Assembly (NCBI GenBank): GCA_964036045.1
Contig: OZ038379.1
Coordinates: 12,276,001-12,340,000, forward strand
Reading direction: 5' to 3'
From: Eutreptiella sp. 'Long Island Sound 2002'
Taxonomy: Eukaryota > Protista > Euglenida
Length of the DNA: 64,000 nt
Below the pieces are notes generated by a model that was given only the letters and a program-made list of their open reading frames with translations, made no database searches and was not told the DNA's origin. Every line of letters begins with the position of its first letter. Position 1 is the stretch's first letter. Positions 1 to 12,573 of the stretch are shown in pieces. Both the position numbers and the translations under genes were made by a program.

Positions 1-576
1 GCCCGCCGGGAGCTGCAGCCCCGGCAGCGTCGCGGCCTCCCCGGCGGCGTCGACCATGCCGTCCGTCAGATTGGCGCCCGGGACCCACGGGCCTCCCAGC
101 CACACGCCGCACTCCGCGCCCGATGGCACGACCTTGACAGAGTCATTGCGGCTCAGCCCGAAGCCCTGCAACTCGATGGCGAACGGGACGCCGTGCGCGG
201 GCGACCCTGCGGTGCTCCAAGAGACGCCCCCAGCGACGCGCAGCTCCTGGTGGTGCACCCAGGCCTGCCCCGCGGGGGCGTAGCAGATGTGGTACGCGCC
301 CGCCGGCACGTTCACCGCGGCGACCGTCAGGCTCGAGCCAAAGGCGTCGCTCGCGACGGTGGCGTTGGTGCCGGCGCCCAGGACCAGCGTGTTGGAGACG
401 TTGAGGGCGCCGTGGCACGCGTGGGCGACGGGCACGAGGGCGTACTGGTCGCCCTCGCTCAGCGCGCCGGTGGCGCCCCTGAGGGTGAGCGTGAAGTCGG
501 TCAGCCGCACCGGGGCCGCGGGGCTTGTGGTGAAGCTGAGCGTGGGCCCCTGGAGGGCCGTCAGCAGCCACCCCAC
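1..576 (-). CDS. Exon 4 (partial, runs off the window) of the adhesin-like gene
   Basis: Acceptor CCTTTTGTAG| at 576. My translation, VGWLLTALQGPTLSFTTSPAAPVRLTDFTLTLRG...YHICYAPAGQAW...LQLPAG, is open to position 1 and continues the repeats. It is missing from the ORF track because it has no start codon. Confidence 0.88.
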   Translation of the reverse strand, partial: MGWLLTALQGPTLSFTTSPAAPVRLTDFTLTLRGATGALSEGDQYALVPVAHACHGALNVSNTLVLGAGTNATVASDAFGSSLTVAAVNVPAGAYHICYAPAGQAWVHHQELRVAGGVSWSTAGSPAHGVPFAIELQGFGLSRNDSVKVVPSGAECGVWLGGPWVPGANLTDGMVDAAGEAATLPGLQLPAG

Positions 577-1938
577 CTACAAAAGGACGAGGAAGGGGCA
601 GCCAGGGCGGAGGTGAGGGGTGGGCTTGGGGGGGGGGCGCGGTGTCTAGTTATGCATTGTGACCAAGGGCTTTTTTCCGCTTGTATCCTTCTCACTAACA
701 CCGGAAGTGACTCAGCAACTGCGTAGCTGTCCAAGGCAGCCTCCAATGCACAAATGACCGGGTACAGCCATTGTATGGGCAAGCGCTTCTCCGGCGCTTC
801 CCGGATGGCCAAAGCAACCTCCTCGTCCGCCCTCCACATGCCATTTTTGGCCTTTAACTACTGAATCGCCGCTTGTGAACGCTCCCGAATCCCAAGCACG
901 GGCAAGGGTATACGGGCCCCCGGGAGAGGGCACCGCGGCGAAACGCCCGGGCCTGACACGAAGCTTCCCACCGTAGAGCGGCGCGCACATGCGACCAGCC
1001 ACAATCGTACGATACTCGCGCATGGGCGGCAAAGCACTTCGGGTACAACAGTGCGCACCCCGGGAGCAGCCAGGACCTGCTGTAGTGCCAGCCACAACTC
1101 ATGACCCGCAGGCGCCCAACAACCGATTCCGACAACTTCCTGCGGGCATACCCACAAATGTGCCGCGCTTGCACGTACACCCATGCGCAGAAAACTACGT
1201 ACAGGCAGCTCAACACGCACACACGCACGCACACATGTACACCAACTGCCCATCGACGACGCTGTTTGGCTCTTCACCTGAAAAATGCCATCATTCACAC
1301 ACCCCAGCACACACGCACGCACGGGCGCGCGCACACACACGCGATGAGATCTGCAAGGAAAACAAACAAAGAAGCAGACAACGCTAAACAAGCGGCTGGA
1401 GAAGACTCCACAGGCGCCGCAGAGCAGCTCTTGGCGTCTTTTCTTCTATGGCAGAGTCAAAAGGGTGTGTAAGCTGTCAGGGCAAAGACAGACTGACAGA
1501 CAGATGGATAGACAGACAGGCGTGCACTCCCGCCCAAACCCCACAGATCGCAAGCTCTCCACAGCGGAGCCCATGGTTCACCTACATTGTTGGGCACCAG
1601 CCCCCAACCACACAACAAGAACTGTCGTGAATCTGCCTGAATGAGTAGCAGGGGGGCGACCGCGCACACGCAGGCCTACAGGTGTACCTGTAGGCAAGAC
1701 AGTCACAAGGGAGAAAGGTGAGAGCACACACGCGCGCGCGCGCACGCGCAAACAAACGCACACACGCACGCGCGCGCGCGCATGGACACACACCCCGCAC
1801 CAGGAACATCCTCTTGGTTACGTACTCACGGATTGGGTGTTGGGGACAGACACTCCAGATGGCAGGCATGCCCGTCATCCATCACCTCCAGGGGGGATGA
1901 GCACGTGTGCACAACCCACGGAGAAGAAGAGGCGCTAC

Positions 1939-3099
1939 CTGTCGGGCGTTGTAGCAGACACGCATGCCGGCGGCGGGCACAAACGCCCCCTGCACGAACA
2001 CGCGCGTCCGGTCCTCGGAGACCTGGGCCGCCGAGAAGTTTGCCCCGGAGTCCATCGCGCAGCCCTCCGCCCCGGACCGAATCGCGTATCGGTCCGCCGC
2101 CACGTCGAATCCGAAGCCCACGATCCAGAGGTTGAAGCTGCTGTTCACGAGCACCGGCACAGGGTCGCTCAGGGCGTAGACCGCGCCGGCGACAATCAGG
2201 TGCTCGCCGGTGCGCCGGGGCACCGCGTTCCACACGTCCCCGTCCAAGCGGTAGCACACCGTGAAATCCCCGGGGCTCTTGGTCATTCCCGCGAGCACAA
2301 CGGTCGTGTTGTCGACGGGAGCCGCGGGCGCCCCGCCAGTGGGGCTCAGCTGCGACTCGCAGTAGCCGACGTCCCCGGTACCACCGACCACCGCGTACCG
2401 GTCACCGGTCGACATGCCGTTTCCGGTGACGATCGGGGTGAAGGCCAGCAGGTTGGAGGCCTCCTCGGGTTCGGTGCGGAAGTACGCCGCGCCGCGCACC
2501 ACCACCGGGCCGAGGTCGGGGAACCCAAAGGGCACCCAGAGCCGGTCGCCGAGCTGATAGCACACAGTGTACTCGCCGGCGGGTAGACTCAGGGCCGGCA
2601 CCGTCAGCGCAGTGCCGTTGAGCATCTCGCCGGTAACGTTGGTGCCGGGCCCGGCGTCGCGGCACGCGTCCGCGTAGAACCGCAGCGCGTACCTGTCCCC
2701 GGCCGCGAGGCCGGCCGCGGTCAGCGTCAGGTTGAAGCGCTGGTACGGGAGCAGCGGCGCTGGGTCCGTCCCGATGGCCGCCGCGCCGAACCGCACCAGC
2801 AGGGGCGCGCCCAGTCCCTGCCAGGCCATGTGCCGGAACTTGTAGCACACGGTGTAGCTCTCCGCGTCCCGGGCCTCCAGCACGACGCGCACCGTGTCGT
2901 TGGTGGCGTTGAGGCCCGCCCCCGTGACGTTTCGGGCGTGGTCGCCGCAGGCCTCGGTGGCGGTCAGCACCACGTCCCACTGGTCCCACTCGGAAAGCCC
3001 GTGCCCCGCCACCGTCAGAGTGAAGGGCACGTCCTGCGGCACCGGGGCCGGGTCGGTGACATAGCCGGTGGGCCCCAGGACCACGAATGCCGGCCCCAC
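1939..3099 (-). CDS. Exon 3 of the adhesin-like gene (about 4 repeats)
   Basis: Acceptor CTCTCGCAG| at 3099 and donor CAG|GTAGCG at 1939; 1161 nt, phase 0. Joins GWLQ|VGPAFVV in frame; same repeat consensus. Confidence 0.9.
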
Positions 3100-4754
3100 C
3101 TGCGAGAGGGGCGCGGGATAGGCCCCACGGGCCAGAGGCGAGGAGGGGCAGGGGGGCGTAGAGGCCGCCCGCACACGCGGCGGAGCCTGAGGAGCCGCAT
3201 CAGCACCGCCTGCCCGGTGCGCTGGTCCCTCCATTCCCATCCCCCGCCCTTTTCCTTCTTCTGTCCGCTCCCCTGCTCCTCTTCCTCTACTTCAATGAGG
3301 TCACGTAGCTCAGTCGTCATGCATCTGGGCTGCCAGCAGCTCGGCTCCCCCCCCCCCGCCTCCCCGCGCGCTCTCCAATTTACTTCCTCAGCAAACGATG
3401 CCTGCACAGTACCCCGACCAAACCCTCGGGTGTCTTTGCCTGTCACACTGCTCCCTTCCAATTCGCGTTTACATGGGGGCGGGGGCTCCCATGCCATGGC
3501 AAAACGCCCCACCCCCCGCTAAGCCCCCCCCCCCCCCCTAAGGAGCATGGTATGGGGAGGGGACCCGCCCCCGTCCCCAAAAATGCATCATTGCCCATTT
3601 CCTCCCTCCTCAAGGTGTTTGGTGGGTTGGCAGGGGGGGGGGGGGGGCTCTGCATGAAGATGCGCTACTTTGGCCTTGGGGTGCACCACACGCACACGTA
3701 CAGCCGTAAACCCCCAAACCCAAGGGCGCCGTAAAAAATGCACTCTTTTTGAAAACATGCGCACGACAAGGCACCAACTGACTGGAACGGAAATGTATGA
3801 CCAATGAAAATTTTACGGCGGTGGCGCTGTAAACATTGACAAATCTCGGTCAAATTCTATTGCCTTTGGCAAGGGGCCTCAAAGAGAGGCTGACAGTCAG
3901 CCAATCCGTCAGTCAGTCAGGGAAGCAGTCAGTCAGGGATACGCGAATGACACCCCAAAAGGGGGTGTATGGTGTCCGCAACTACGCTTGATCTCTCTTC
4001 GAGGTGATTTTGCATTTTCTCTACACCGAGTTGTATCTGAAAAACACAGTTCTAGCAACAGCCGAAACTAGTAGCGCACGATGTGGACCTTGTTTGGATA
4101 TGGTACGACGGGTCATTGGCAACCCTTGGGGAATGTGTAAAGCAGATCCACAAAAAGACAGATAGTTATAAGTTGCATTCTCCAGACAATTTAAAAGACA
4201 TCTCCCTAATTGCACAACTGCAAGGAGGGAAACATTGATCAAATGAAACCCGAACACACTGTCAATGCTCCCATTTTTTGTAATGTTTGGTGTAGAGATT
4301 AATTCTCAATGCGAAATCTCCCTGCAAAAATGTTTACGGTGCCAGTACTGTAAACAAAAATCATCTACCTGGTGATTGGAAACCAATACAATAACCAAAA
4401 AATATTTTTTCTATCTGAAGGGGAAGGGCAGAGATGGACAAGGGGGAGGGGGTCTACATCGTCCATTGTTGCTTCCCATATGTGCTAAATGTGATCCCCC
4501 TCATAACCTATGGTAGCTGGGCACACCAGTCAAGACCCCGAATGGGCAATGGGGGATCATTTTGTAGTGGACAAAACAATACGGCGGCGCCACACAACCC
4601 CTGCCCCGCGTATTACTGTTTCTTATTTCCGAAGGCTTCCGCATGATTGCTGTCCATTGTCCACAAAAATTGCATCTTTGTGCAGGCCAACGTCCAAAGT
4701 CCTTGATGGACATTGCTATTGCTTTGGACAAACACTGTTAGTCCCACAGGGCCC

Positions 4755-4950
4755 TGGATGGTTGCCATGATTTCTTGGTGCGTTCTGAACGGTTGCTCAC
4801 ATTTCTTGGTGCGCTTTGGATGGTTCATGTTATTTCCTGGTGCACTCAGGATGGTTACTATTATTTCTTGGTGCACTTTGGATGTTATTTCTGTTATTTC
4901 CTGGTGTGCTTTGGATGGTTGCTGCTATTTCTTGGTGCACTCTGGATGGA
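4755..4950 (+). repeat. ~31-bp minisatellite, about 6 degenerate units
   Basis: Recurring GGATGGTT...ATTTC(T/C)TGGTGC(A/G)CT units in intron 2. Confidence 0.8.
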
Positions 4951-5629
4951 TGCTCTATGGCAGCTCACATAATCCTACTGCCCGATGGCAGCACAAAAAA
5001 AACAAAATAAATAAAACAATAAAACAAAAGGGACATAGACAAAACACACAAAACAGCCCTGCTGCCCTGCGGTGGCACAATAAAGCCCTCCTGCCCTGCC
5101 GCACCACAAAAAACCCTTTGTGAAAAAAAATTGCAAATGACAAATTGCACCCTCCCATGCCATGGCAAAACCCCCCCTTCTTGGCCCCCCGCCGTAAGGT
5201 TGCCTAGCATGGGACCCCCCCCCACGCAAAAGCGAATTGGTGATGCCCCTGACACTTGAACTAGAGGTCCCAAGTATGAGTCCCAGGCCGGGTGGTAAGT
5301 TGGCACGCACGGCTGTTTCAGGCGCCAGGGTGTCGGTGACCCCACGAGGGGAGGGACACTGCAGGGATAGCTGGCGTGCAGAGATTGCCCGGTCAACCGC
5401 TCCGGAACCCCCCCCCCTTCCTGCAGCCGGCGGGTGCGGGTGGTTCTGCTTTGCGCCCCATCCTGACGCACGGAAGCGGGACCAAGGGGGGGTCCGTCCA
5501 AAAGCACGAAGAAACGTGAATGCCGCCGATGCCCACGAAGAACGCCCATCACGAGAAGTGAGAAGAGGCAGTGAGCGAGCAGACGAGCAGAAGTGCAGAG
5601 AAAAGATGGAAGAGGAGGCCCGTCCATAC

Positions 5630-6667
5630 CTGCAGCCACCCGGTCCGGTTCACATTGTAGCACACGACGTAGCGTCCTGCCGGAAGCTGCAGCCCTCCCT
5701 CCAGAAACCCGGTGGAGCCCGTGAGCAGGCCGCTATGCACTGACCACACGCCGCCGTCACTGAGGGAGTCACACCCCGCGGCCTCGTCCGAGAAGCCGTA
5801 CGTGTCCTCGGTCGACAGCCTGATCCCCAGCATCGAGAGGGTGAAATTGGTGGTCTGCTGGGGCTGTGCCGGGGTCACGGCATAGCCGTATACCCCCTGG
5901 ACGGAGAACGCGGGCTCGAACAGGTCCGGCTCCCCCTTCAAGAAGTAGCACACGCGGTACGCGCCCGCGACCAGCGGGTAGACCGGGATTGTGAGGGTGG
6001 CCCGCGGGGGGTCTGCGCCGGTGAACATGCCGCTGGTCACGTTGGTGCGCGCGACGGCGGTGCACTCCTCCGCCTCCAGCGCGATCGCGAAATGGTCCGC
6101 GGTCGAGAGCCCGACACCCTCGACAACCAGCGTCAAGTTGGCGCGTGAAACGGGGACGGCCGGGACCGTGTGCAAGCGGACGGTCCCGGTGACCTCGAGC
6201 GGCGGCTGCAGCGCATGCCACGTGTGGGACTGGTAGCAGAGGTGGTATACCCCGGCGGTCAGCCGCAGGTCCCGCAGCTCGACGGTCTCATCGTCCAGCA
6301 CCATCTCCTCCGTGACGTTGAACGCGGCTGAGGGCGAGTCGCAATCGTCGTCGGGCTGCAGCGCCACCGCGACGCGATCCGCGGCCGCCAGCCCCACACC
6401 GCGCACGACGATCGTGCCGTTGCGCAGCTGCAGGACCGGGGCCTCGGCGCTCGCGTACCCGTGCGGCCCCGCGATCGCGAGCGGCGCATCGAGGGCGAAC
6501 CAGGGGTTGTCCCCGAAGCGGTAGCACACCGTGGCGCGCATCGGGCGGGACTCGAGGGTGACCGCGCTGGCGTCGACGCGCGTGCGCTCGGGGTTGAGCA
6601 TGCCCTGGGTCACGGCGTAGAACGGCTCTGAATAGTTCCCGCATGGGCTGTGGGCTGCGTCGACGAG
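5630..6667 (-). CDS. Exon 2 of the adhesin-like gene (about 3.5 Cys/Ig-like repeats)
   Basis: Acceptor TTTCCACAG| at 6667 and donor CAG|GTATGG at 5630; 1038 nt, phase 0. Joins GDLFQ|LVDAAHSPCG in frame. Repeats follow GxGL..D.(Y/F)...C...NVT...L.AG.Y.(V/L)CY...W. Confidence 0.9.
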
Positions 6668-7500
6668 CTGTGGAAAGCGGTGCAATGGGAAGATGGACCC
6701 ACCCCCCCCCCCCACGGGTTCTAGCGCTGCTGGCGCCACTGCTGACCCGGCCTAGGGCCGTTTGCCCTGCAAACCTGTATGCGACCCCCCTGAAATGGGT
6801 CGCAACACCGGGTGTTCGCTGGACATGGGCGGCGCAGGGGTCGACGGGTGATGGTTGTTCGTACAGCACCTGCCGGTCACCAACTCCGCTCACCATCAAT
6901 GGCACAACGATCATTCCACAGACACGTGGTATCCGTTGCGCCATTCCCTCGGAGTTCTCGGCCCAAAATGTTGTTATCTCAAAACCATTACCCCATCAAA
7001 CGGGGTCCCAGATCGTCCGAACGCCTACTGTTCGTTGGGCACGGTGTGTTGGACAACGGGGGCGGGGGGGTGTTCATCAGGCAGGAGGTGTGCACCAGCT
7101 CCCCAGGTCCCGGGCTTCCATTTCGTTGCGTCTTATCTCAACAACAGCTGTGTTTCTTGTGGCGCCCATGAATTGCACTGTGCAATAGCACTTATCCCCC
7201 GTGTCAGCCAGGAAACTGTAAAAGCTCTGAGCATTGCACACAACATGGGTGAGGCTTGACGTGTGGCCGGTATGGTCCCCTGGCAGCAACGGGGGTTCTG
7301 GGCTGGAGCCGGACAGAGACCGGCATCGCGACGCGACAAAAGGGGTTGCGTTGGTGTGCGTGCGTGTGGGACGTGGGGGTTATTTTGAGTTGGGGGGTGA
7401 GAGACATCAAGCGTGTGTCTGGGGGATGGGGTGGTACATTGAATTGTTTTGGGTGTTAGTAAGTGTGTGCGTGGGGCGGGTTACATTCGTTTTTTTTTCG

Positions 7501-7598
7501 GTGTGTGCGTGTGTGCGTGTGTGCGTGTGTGCGTGTGCGTGTGCGTGTGCGTGTGCGTGTGCGTGTGCGTGTGCGTGCGCGTGCGCGTGCGCGTGCGT

Positions 7599-7667
<69 letters not shown>
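7501..7667 (+). repeat. Compound microsatellite (GTGCGT)n/(GC)n/(GT)n
   Basis: Directly visible in intron 1. Confidence 0.98.
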
Positions 7668-7674
<7 letters not shown>

Positions 7675-8210
7675 GTTGAGACCTGATGAAGGGGAACTAA
7701 GCGAAGGTGGGCCCTTTGGTAGACTTACCATGTTTCACAAACCCACCTACCCACCCACCCACCTACTGGATTGCAACCACTCAAAGGCAAATGATTTCAA
7801 AAAGGAGTGGGAATGAAATGTGTGTGTGTGTGTGTGTGTGATCTGTACTTATAGAGGTGGATCCTTGTGCAGCGCTGGGCAGGACGCCCCATTTGGCTCA
7901 GGACTGCTGAGGCCTCTGTGGAACGTTGGACCCTCCCCTTCTGCGGTGTGTGTGTGTGTGTGTGTGGTAAAACCGAATTACGGGGAGCTAAGCGAGGGTG
8001 TAGGTGGAACCTTTGGTAGACGTACCTTGTCAGGGGTAGTGTGTGTGTGGGGGGGGGTACATGTGTTTTTGGGCACGCATGCCTTTTAAAGGACCGGGGC
8101 ACCATTGCGAAGGGGGTGGGGGCATTACGTTTTGGGGGTAAGGGGCACTAAATGGATAGCCACACCGCAGCCCTCACAACGGGCCAAAGGAGGCGAAGGA
8201 GGCGACTCAC

Positions 8211-9530
8211 CTGAAACAGATCGCCTTCCGCAAAGGCCTGGCCCTCGAAATAGATGGCGAACTCCTGGGAGCCGTGCACGGACGGCGGGGCCGTGCTGTA
8301 CGAGGGGGCGAGTAGGGGCTGGACCTGCAGGCAGTACGGCAGCGACGTGGTCATCTCCCACACCGACGTGTTCACCCACGTGGCCGTCCAGCACACGATC
8401 TCAGGGCTCGTGTGGTTGACAGAGGGCGACAGCGTGTGGACATGCTGCAGGGGGTTGCGCCCGGTTTGCCGGGGAGGCCCGAAATACAGCGGAATTGAGC
8501 CCGGGGACATCACCAGGTATCCGCCGGGATGCGAGGACAGCGAGCGCGCGGCAACGGAGAGGTTGCGCGCGGCGCCCACCAGTGCCACGTACCGCGTCCC
8601 GGCGGGCGGTGACGGGGCGACGAACGTCGGGATGTCGGGCAGCGCGCAGCCGCCCGCGCCGCACTCCGCGGAGGTGCCGCACGCGACCCCGGCGAAGGCC
8701 CCGGAGGCGTCGTCGCAGCGGCGGCCGAGGTGGTGCAGCTCCACGAGGAAGTCCACGGCGGCGGTCCGGTCGCCGTCGGTGACGACGAGCTGGAGGCTGT
8801 AGAGGCCCCCGTTGACCGTCCCCGTGGCGTTGACCCATGTGATGGACCCCGTGACGGGGTCGATAGTCATGCCGTCCGGGGCCCCCGAGCCCTCTGCGCT
8901 GCCGCTCATTTCTTGGCTCGTGGCGAACCGAAAGTGAGGGATCCGCCCCAAGGGGTCGGCCATCAGCACCGGAGTGAACGTGAAGTTGTGCTCCCCCACC
9001 GGCACGAAGATCCGCACCGTGGGGGTCGTCCCCAGCACCATGCCGGACGTCGCGTTGCTCCGGAAATCGACCCCGGCGGCAATCCGCATTGTGGTGTTCG
9101 GGTTGTTCTGCAACTCGACCGGCCGGCAGCACGTCTCCACGTACGCCGCGGCCTTGTTGTCCAAGGCCGCGACCGCTACGGGGCTGTATGTGTGCGTGAC
9201 CTTGCATTGCGTGATGACCACGTCCTCCACGTCATCGTGCAACGTAACGACGCAAGTTTCGTTGGAAAAAGCGGTTGACTGCGCGTCGCCGAAGTGCATG
9301 ACAAGGTCACCGTATGAAAAGGGGTCCCCAGGCGCAAAGTCTTCCTCCCCGAATTCCGAGGCATTAAAAGCAAAGGTCGACGAGAATTCGATCGTGTTCG
9401 AGGTTTGCCAAGAAGTGTGCCCCGGCTCCTTCACGCGTTGGTAACTGATCGTGGCGTATCGGAATGGGCTTGCCGAGGCGCTCACGAACAACCACGTCAA
9501 GAGTACCCATGCCGCACGCCCATGAACCAT
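8211..9530 (-). CDS. Exon 1 of a large secreted/surface adhesin-like protein (signal peptide, Sib/integrin-beta-like N-terminal domain, He_PIG-like Ig motif, small Cys module)
   Basis: ATG at 9530 (preceded by CAG) gives MVHGRAAWVLLTWLFVSASA, a signal-peptide-like stretch. It is followed by FRYATISY...ETCCRPVELQNN, resembling the HFRxGTISW...CCR motif of Dictyostelium Sib proteins, and PDGMTIDPVTGSITW, a putative Ig motif. Donor CAG|GTGAGT at 8211; 1320 nt, phase 0. Confidence 0.85.
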
Positions 9531-10000
9531 CTGGTCTACGAAGTGGATCCGCACGACCCCATGGCACAAAATCTTGATGAAAGTGTGAAGGTATTGACAA
9601 AACGTCGCGTGCAACACGATGAAAGGCAAGCGAACTGGTCATGTATACCAACCACCAACCACCAGCCAATCAACCAAAATAAACAAAATAAACATGCCCC
9701 GGTTTGCCGCCCCCCACCGTGTAATCTGTAGAAGGTTATAGGAATAGGCAAGTACAATCCAAACCCTTGCCAACACGTCTTCCGACGTGCAACAACAAAA
9801 GGTACAAAAGGTACAAAAGGTTTTCCGTGGAGATGTGGCAGAGGGCATCATTTCTTGGGTGGTAGCAAAGATGGTTGAAGGATATTTTGAAGGGGAGTCG
9901 AATGGGTGGGGGGGGAATCCCGATTCATGATCTGGTCCTTGGGGAGTGGGGGGGGGGGGGGTCAACACCCTGATCCATTTTTATGGGCGTGCACGCTTGT

Positions 10001-10026
10001 CTTTTTTGAGTGTCTAATTTTTTTCG
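10001..10026 (+). other. Euglenid spliced-leader (SL) relic
   Basis: CTTTTTTGAGTGTCTAATTTTTTTCG versus the Euglena gracilis SL as I recall it, ACTTTCTGAGTGTCTATTTTTTTTCG: 22/26 identical, ungapped. It is not followed by the GT donor expected in an SL RNA gene. Confidence 0.7.
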
Positions 10027-12240
10027 CCTGGTCCAATGTGCACTGTCTTTTGCTTTTGTGCTATCTGCTAGCCCTCCAATCAATCCAATCTAGCCCTCCA
10101 ATCTCGTTTGATGCATTTTGGATTGTGGCAAGTTGATGATGTGGATGATGTGTGGATAGTAGCTATGTTTTTTTTTGGAAGAATCAAGAACTTTCATTGG
10201 GCAATTAGTTTGTGTGCTTCGTGGTAACGTGTCTTCATGTCATTAATTTTGCATTTATGAATGAGGAACTTTATTGTGCATCAAGAACTTTGGTGATTGT
10301 TTGTTGCGGTGCGCCGTGCGTGTGTTGTGTGGGGGTGTGTGCGGTGTCCATGGCTCCTTGGCTCTCGTTCACCGTTGTTGTGTTGTGTGTGCATGTGTGT
10401 GGTGTGTGTACACGTGTGCAATGTTGCAAACCAAGCATTTGTTGTCCATTAGGAACTTGCTTCAGTTTTGCTTTATGGATCGAGAACTTTGTTGTTCTTT
10501 GTAGTGCTCGCATCATCTTCAAGACCCCCAAAGATAGCATGACTCATGAGTGATCTGCCCAATGCTGCTTGGCAAGTTCATCTTTGGGCACCTAATTTGG
10601 AATTTTCAAATTTAGCATGGTCAAGGATGTATTTGCTTTGCCATGTGCCTGTCTCTTTGTGGCCTCCCATCGTGGCTCTACGTTGGAAAGTTCAGGAAGA
10701 CTTGGTGGTTGGGGCTTCCATGGCAGTACACGCGCGTACGGTCTTTGTTGGATTTTTTTCTCTAATCCATTTTGGGGGGGTTAGGAGGGTGGGGGGTCAT
10801 ATCCATGTCCAATCTGTGATCCGGTCCATTGGGAGGGTTCCACCACTCTAATCCAGGGGGGATCACATCGCCTAGTCCCCGAAGAGAAGGTGTAATACTT
10901 GAAAGGCGGGTCTTGATCTGCATGTTTGCGGCATATTGGTCAACTCAATTTGCAGTGTCAACACGACTAAATAATAAACAAATGCATTCCCGTTGTCTAA
11001 TGTTGACATTTTCCTCAAAATGGGTTGAAATTGCGTGTCAGCAACCGCCACTTGGCGCATCCACATGTGTCAAGTTGTGTGAAGATGCCAAAGAATGTGT
11101 CACGCCCATGCATGAAGCCATGCATGCTAAATTCCCAATTCATGGCCAATTAATTACCATGACGAACAACACAAAAATGTACATAAATACTAATAATAAA
11201 AAGATATATATGTATATATATATATAGATATATATATTGAAAAACAAAGATGCTGAACGGTGATTTACACGTGGTGGTGAACCAAAAGTAACGGTACTCG
11301 AGTCGCGTGCGCGGCCTGCACAGAACAACTACTCAGGTAAATTTTGTTATTCGGAAGGCATGCCAATTTTTTCTCCGATTGAAAATTTATTTGCTAGATG
11401 TGCTGTCGAACATAAGTTGCATTTTCACACGAAGTAATCGATATCGGGAAATCCGGAAATAATTCATCGCAGGAGTGCTGCATATCGAAACTTTTGTCAC
11501 TACTTTGGGCTGTCTTCCAAGTGAATGAAGACACAAGGGGAGCCAACGAAGGTCCAACAATCACAACACCAAAACAAGGGGGGTCAAGTTGTTGCAAAAC
11601 CCAAAGAGAAAGCGTTCAACTAGCAAAAAGCTGAAACAGATGAGTGAGTGCTTTGTGCATTGCATCATCCAGTGTTTCCCGACCCACAAATGGGTTGTTT
11701 CTCAATCTTTAAGCGTTACACGCCTTCCTTTGCGCCTATATTTTTGTACGTGCTACGTATGCTCAACCATCCTAGCCACAAGGATAGCCAGCATCTGTTC
11801 CTTTGCCTCTTGACGTTTTTCCGGTTTGGGTGATCACATCCAAAATATCACACAAAAAGGCCTCACCAACTGGGACTATTGAGATGCAACCCTTTCCTTT
11901 GCATAACAATTCAGGCCGGTAACCCTTCCCATGGATATTGCCTTCTTCGTGTATAGATTTCGTAGAACGTCCACGAGAGGGACCTAAATAACAAGGGTTC
12001 CTAATGTAACTACTGTAGCGAGTGTAGCTCCTTGCGTGACGGCTCATAATAGAGGCTATAGCTTCCTAATGATTTCTACGTGTTGACGTGCTTCGCCTCT
12101 TAGGAAACTCGGCCATCGAGATGTAGCTACAATAATTCTCGAATTCCGCATACATGGTGGGCATTGATCTAGAATAATAGGCTTGCCCAATCCGGAGCAC
12201 TAGGAGACGTGGTTCCTCGCAACAAGGACTTCGACATTTC

Positions 12241-12447
12241 ATGACCCCGATGCTCCTCTCACTCGTCTACCCTCTTTCCCTCTTCTCCTTTGCTAGAGGG
12301 AGTAGGCGAGTCGCCCAAAATACATAGAGTATAGTTTGCGGCATTTCTATGATCCCGATGCTCCTCTCACTCGTCTACCCTCTTTCCCTCTTCTCCTTTG
12401 CTAGAGGGAGTAGGCCGGTCGCCCAAAATGCATAGAGTATAGTTTGG
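12241..12447 (+). repeat. 108-bp-period tandem duplication
   Basis: ATGA(C/T)CCCGATGCTCCTCTC...ATAGTTTG occurs at 12241 and 12349. Confidence 0.9.
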
Positions 12448-12464
12448 ATTCGATTTTTCGGCAG

Positions 12465-12573
<109 letters not shown>

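Noticed and set aside
7021-7340. Possible extra exon in intron 1 (ORF 7077-7289)
   Set aside because: Exons 1 and 2 already join in frame within one repeat (GDLFQ|LVDAAHSPCG), and the peptide has no repeat motif.
193-9278. Long plus-strand ORFs (193-726, 1837-2586, 2830-3522, 8254-8802, 8730-9278)
   Set aside because: Antisense shadows of the GC-rich minus-strand exons; no domain-like content.
10001-10120. SL RNA gene
   Set aside because: No GT donor follows the SL match, and there is no neighbouring array or 5S gene.
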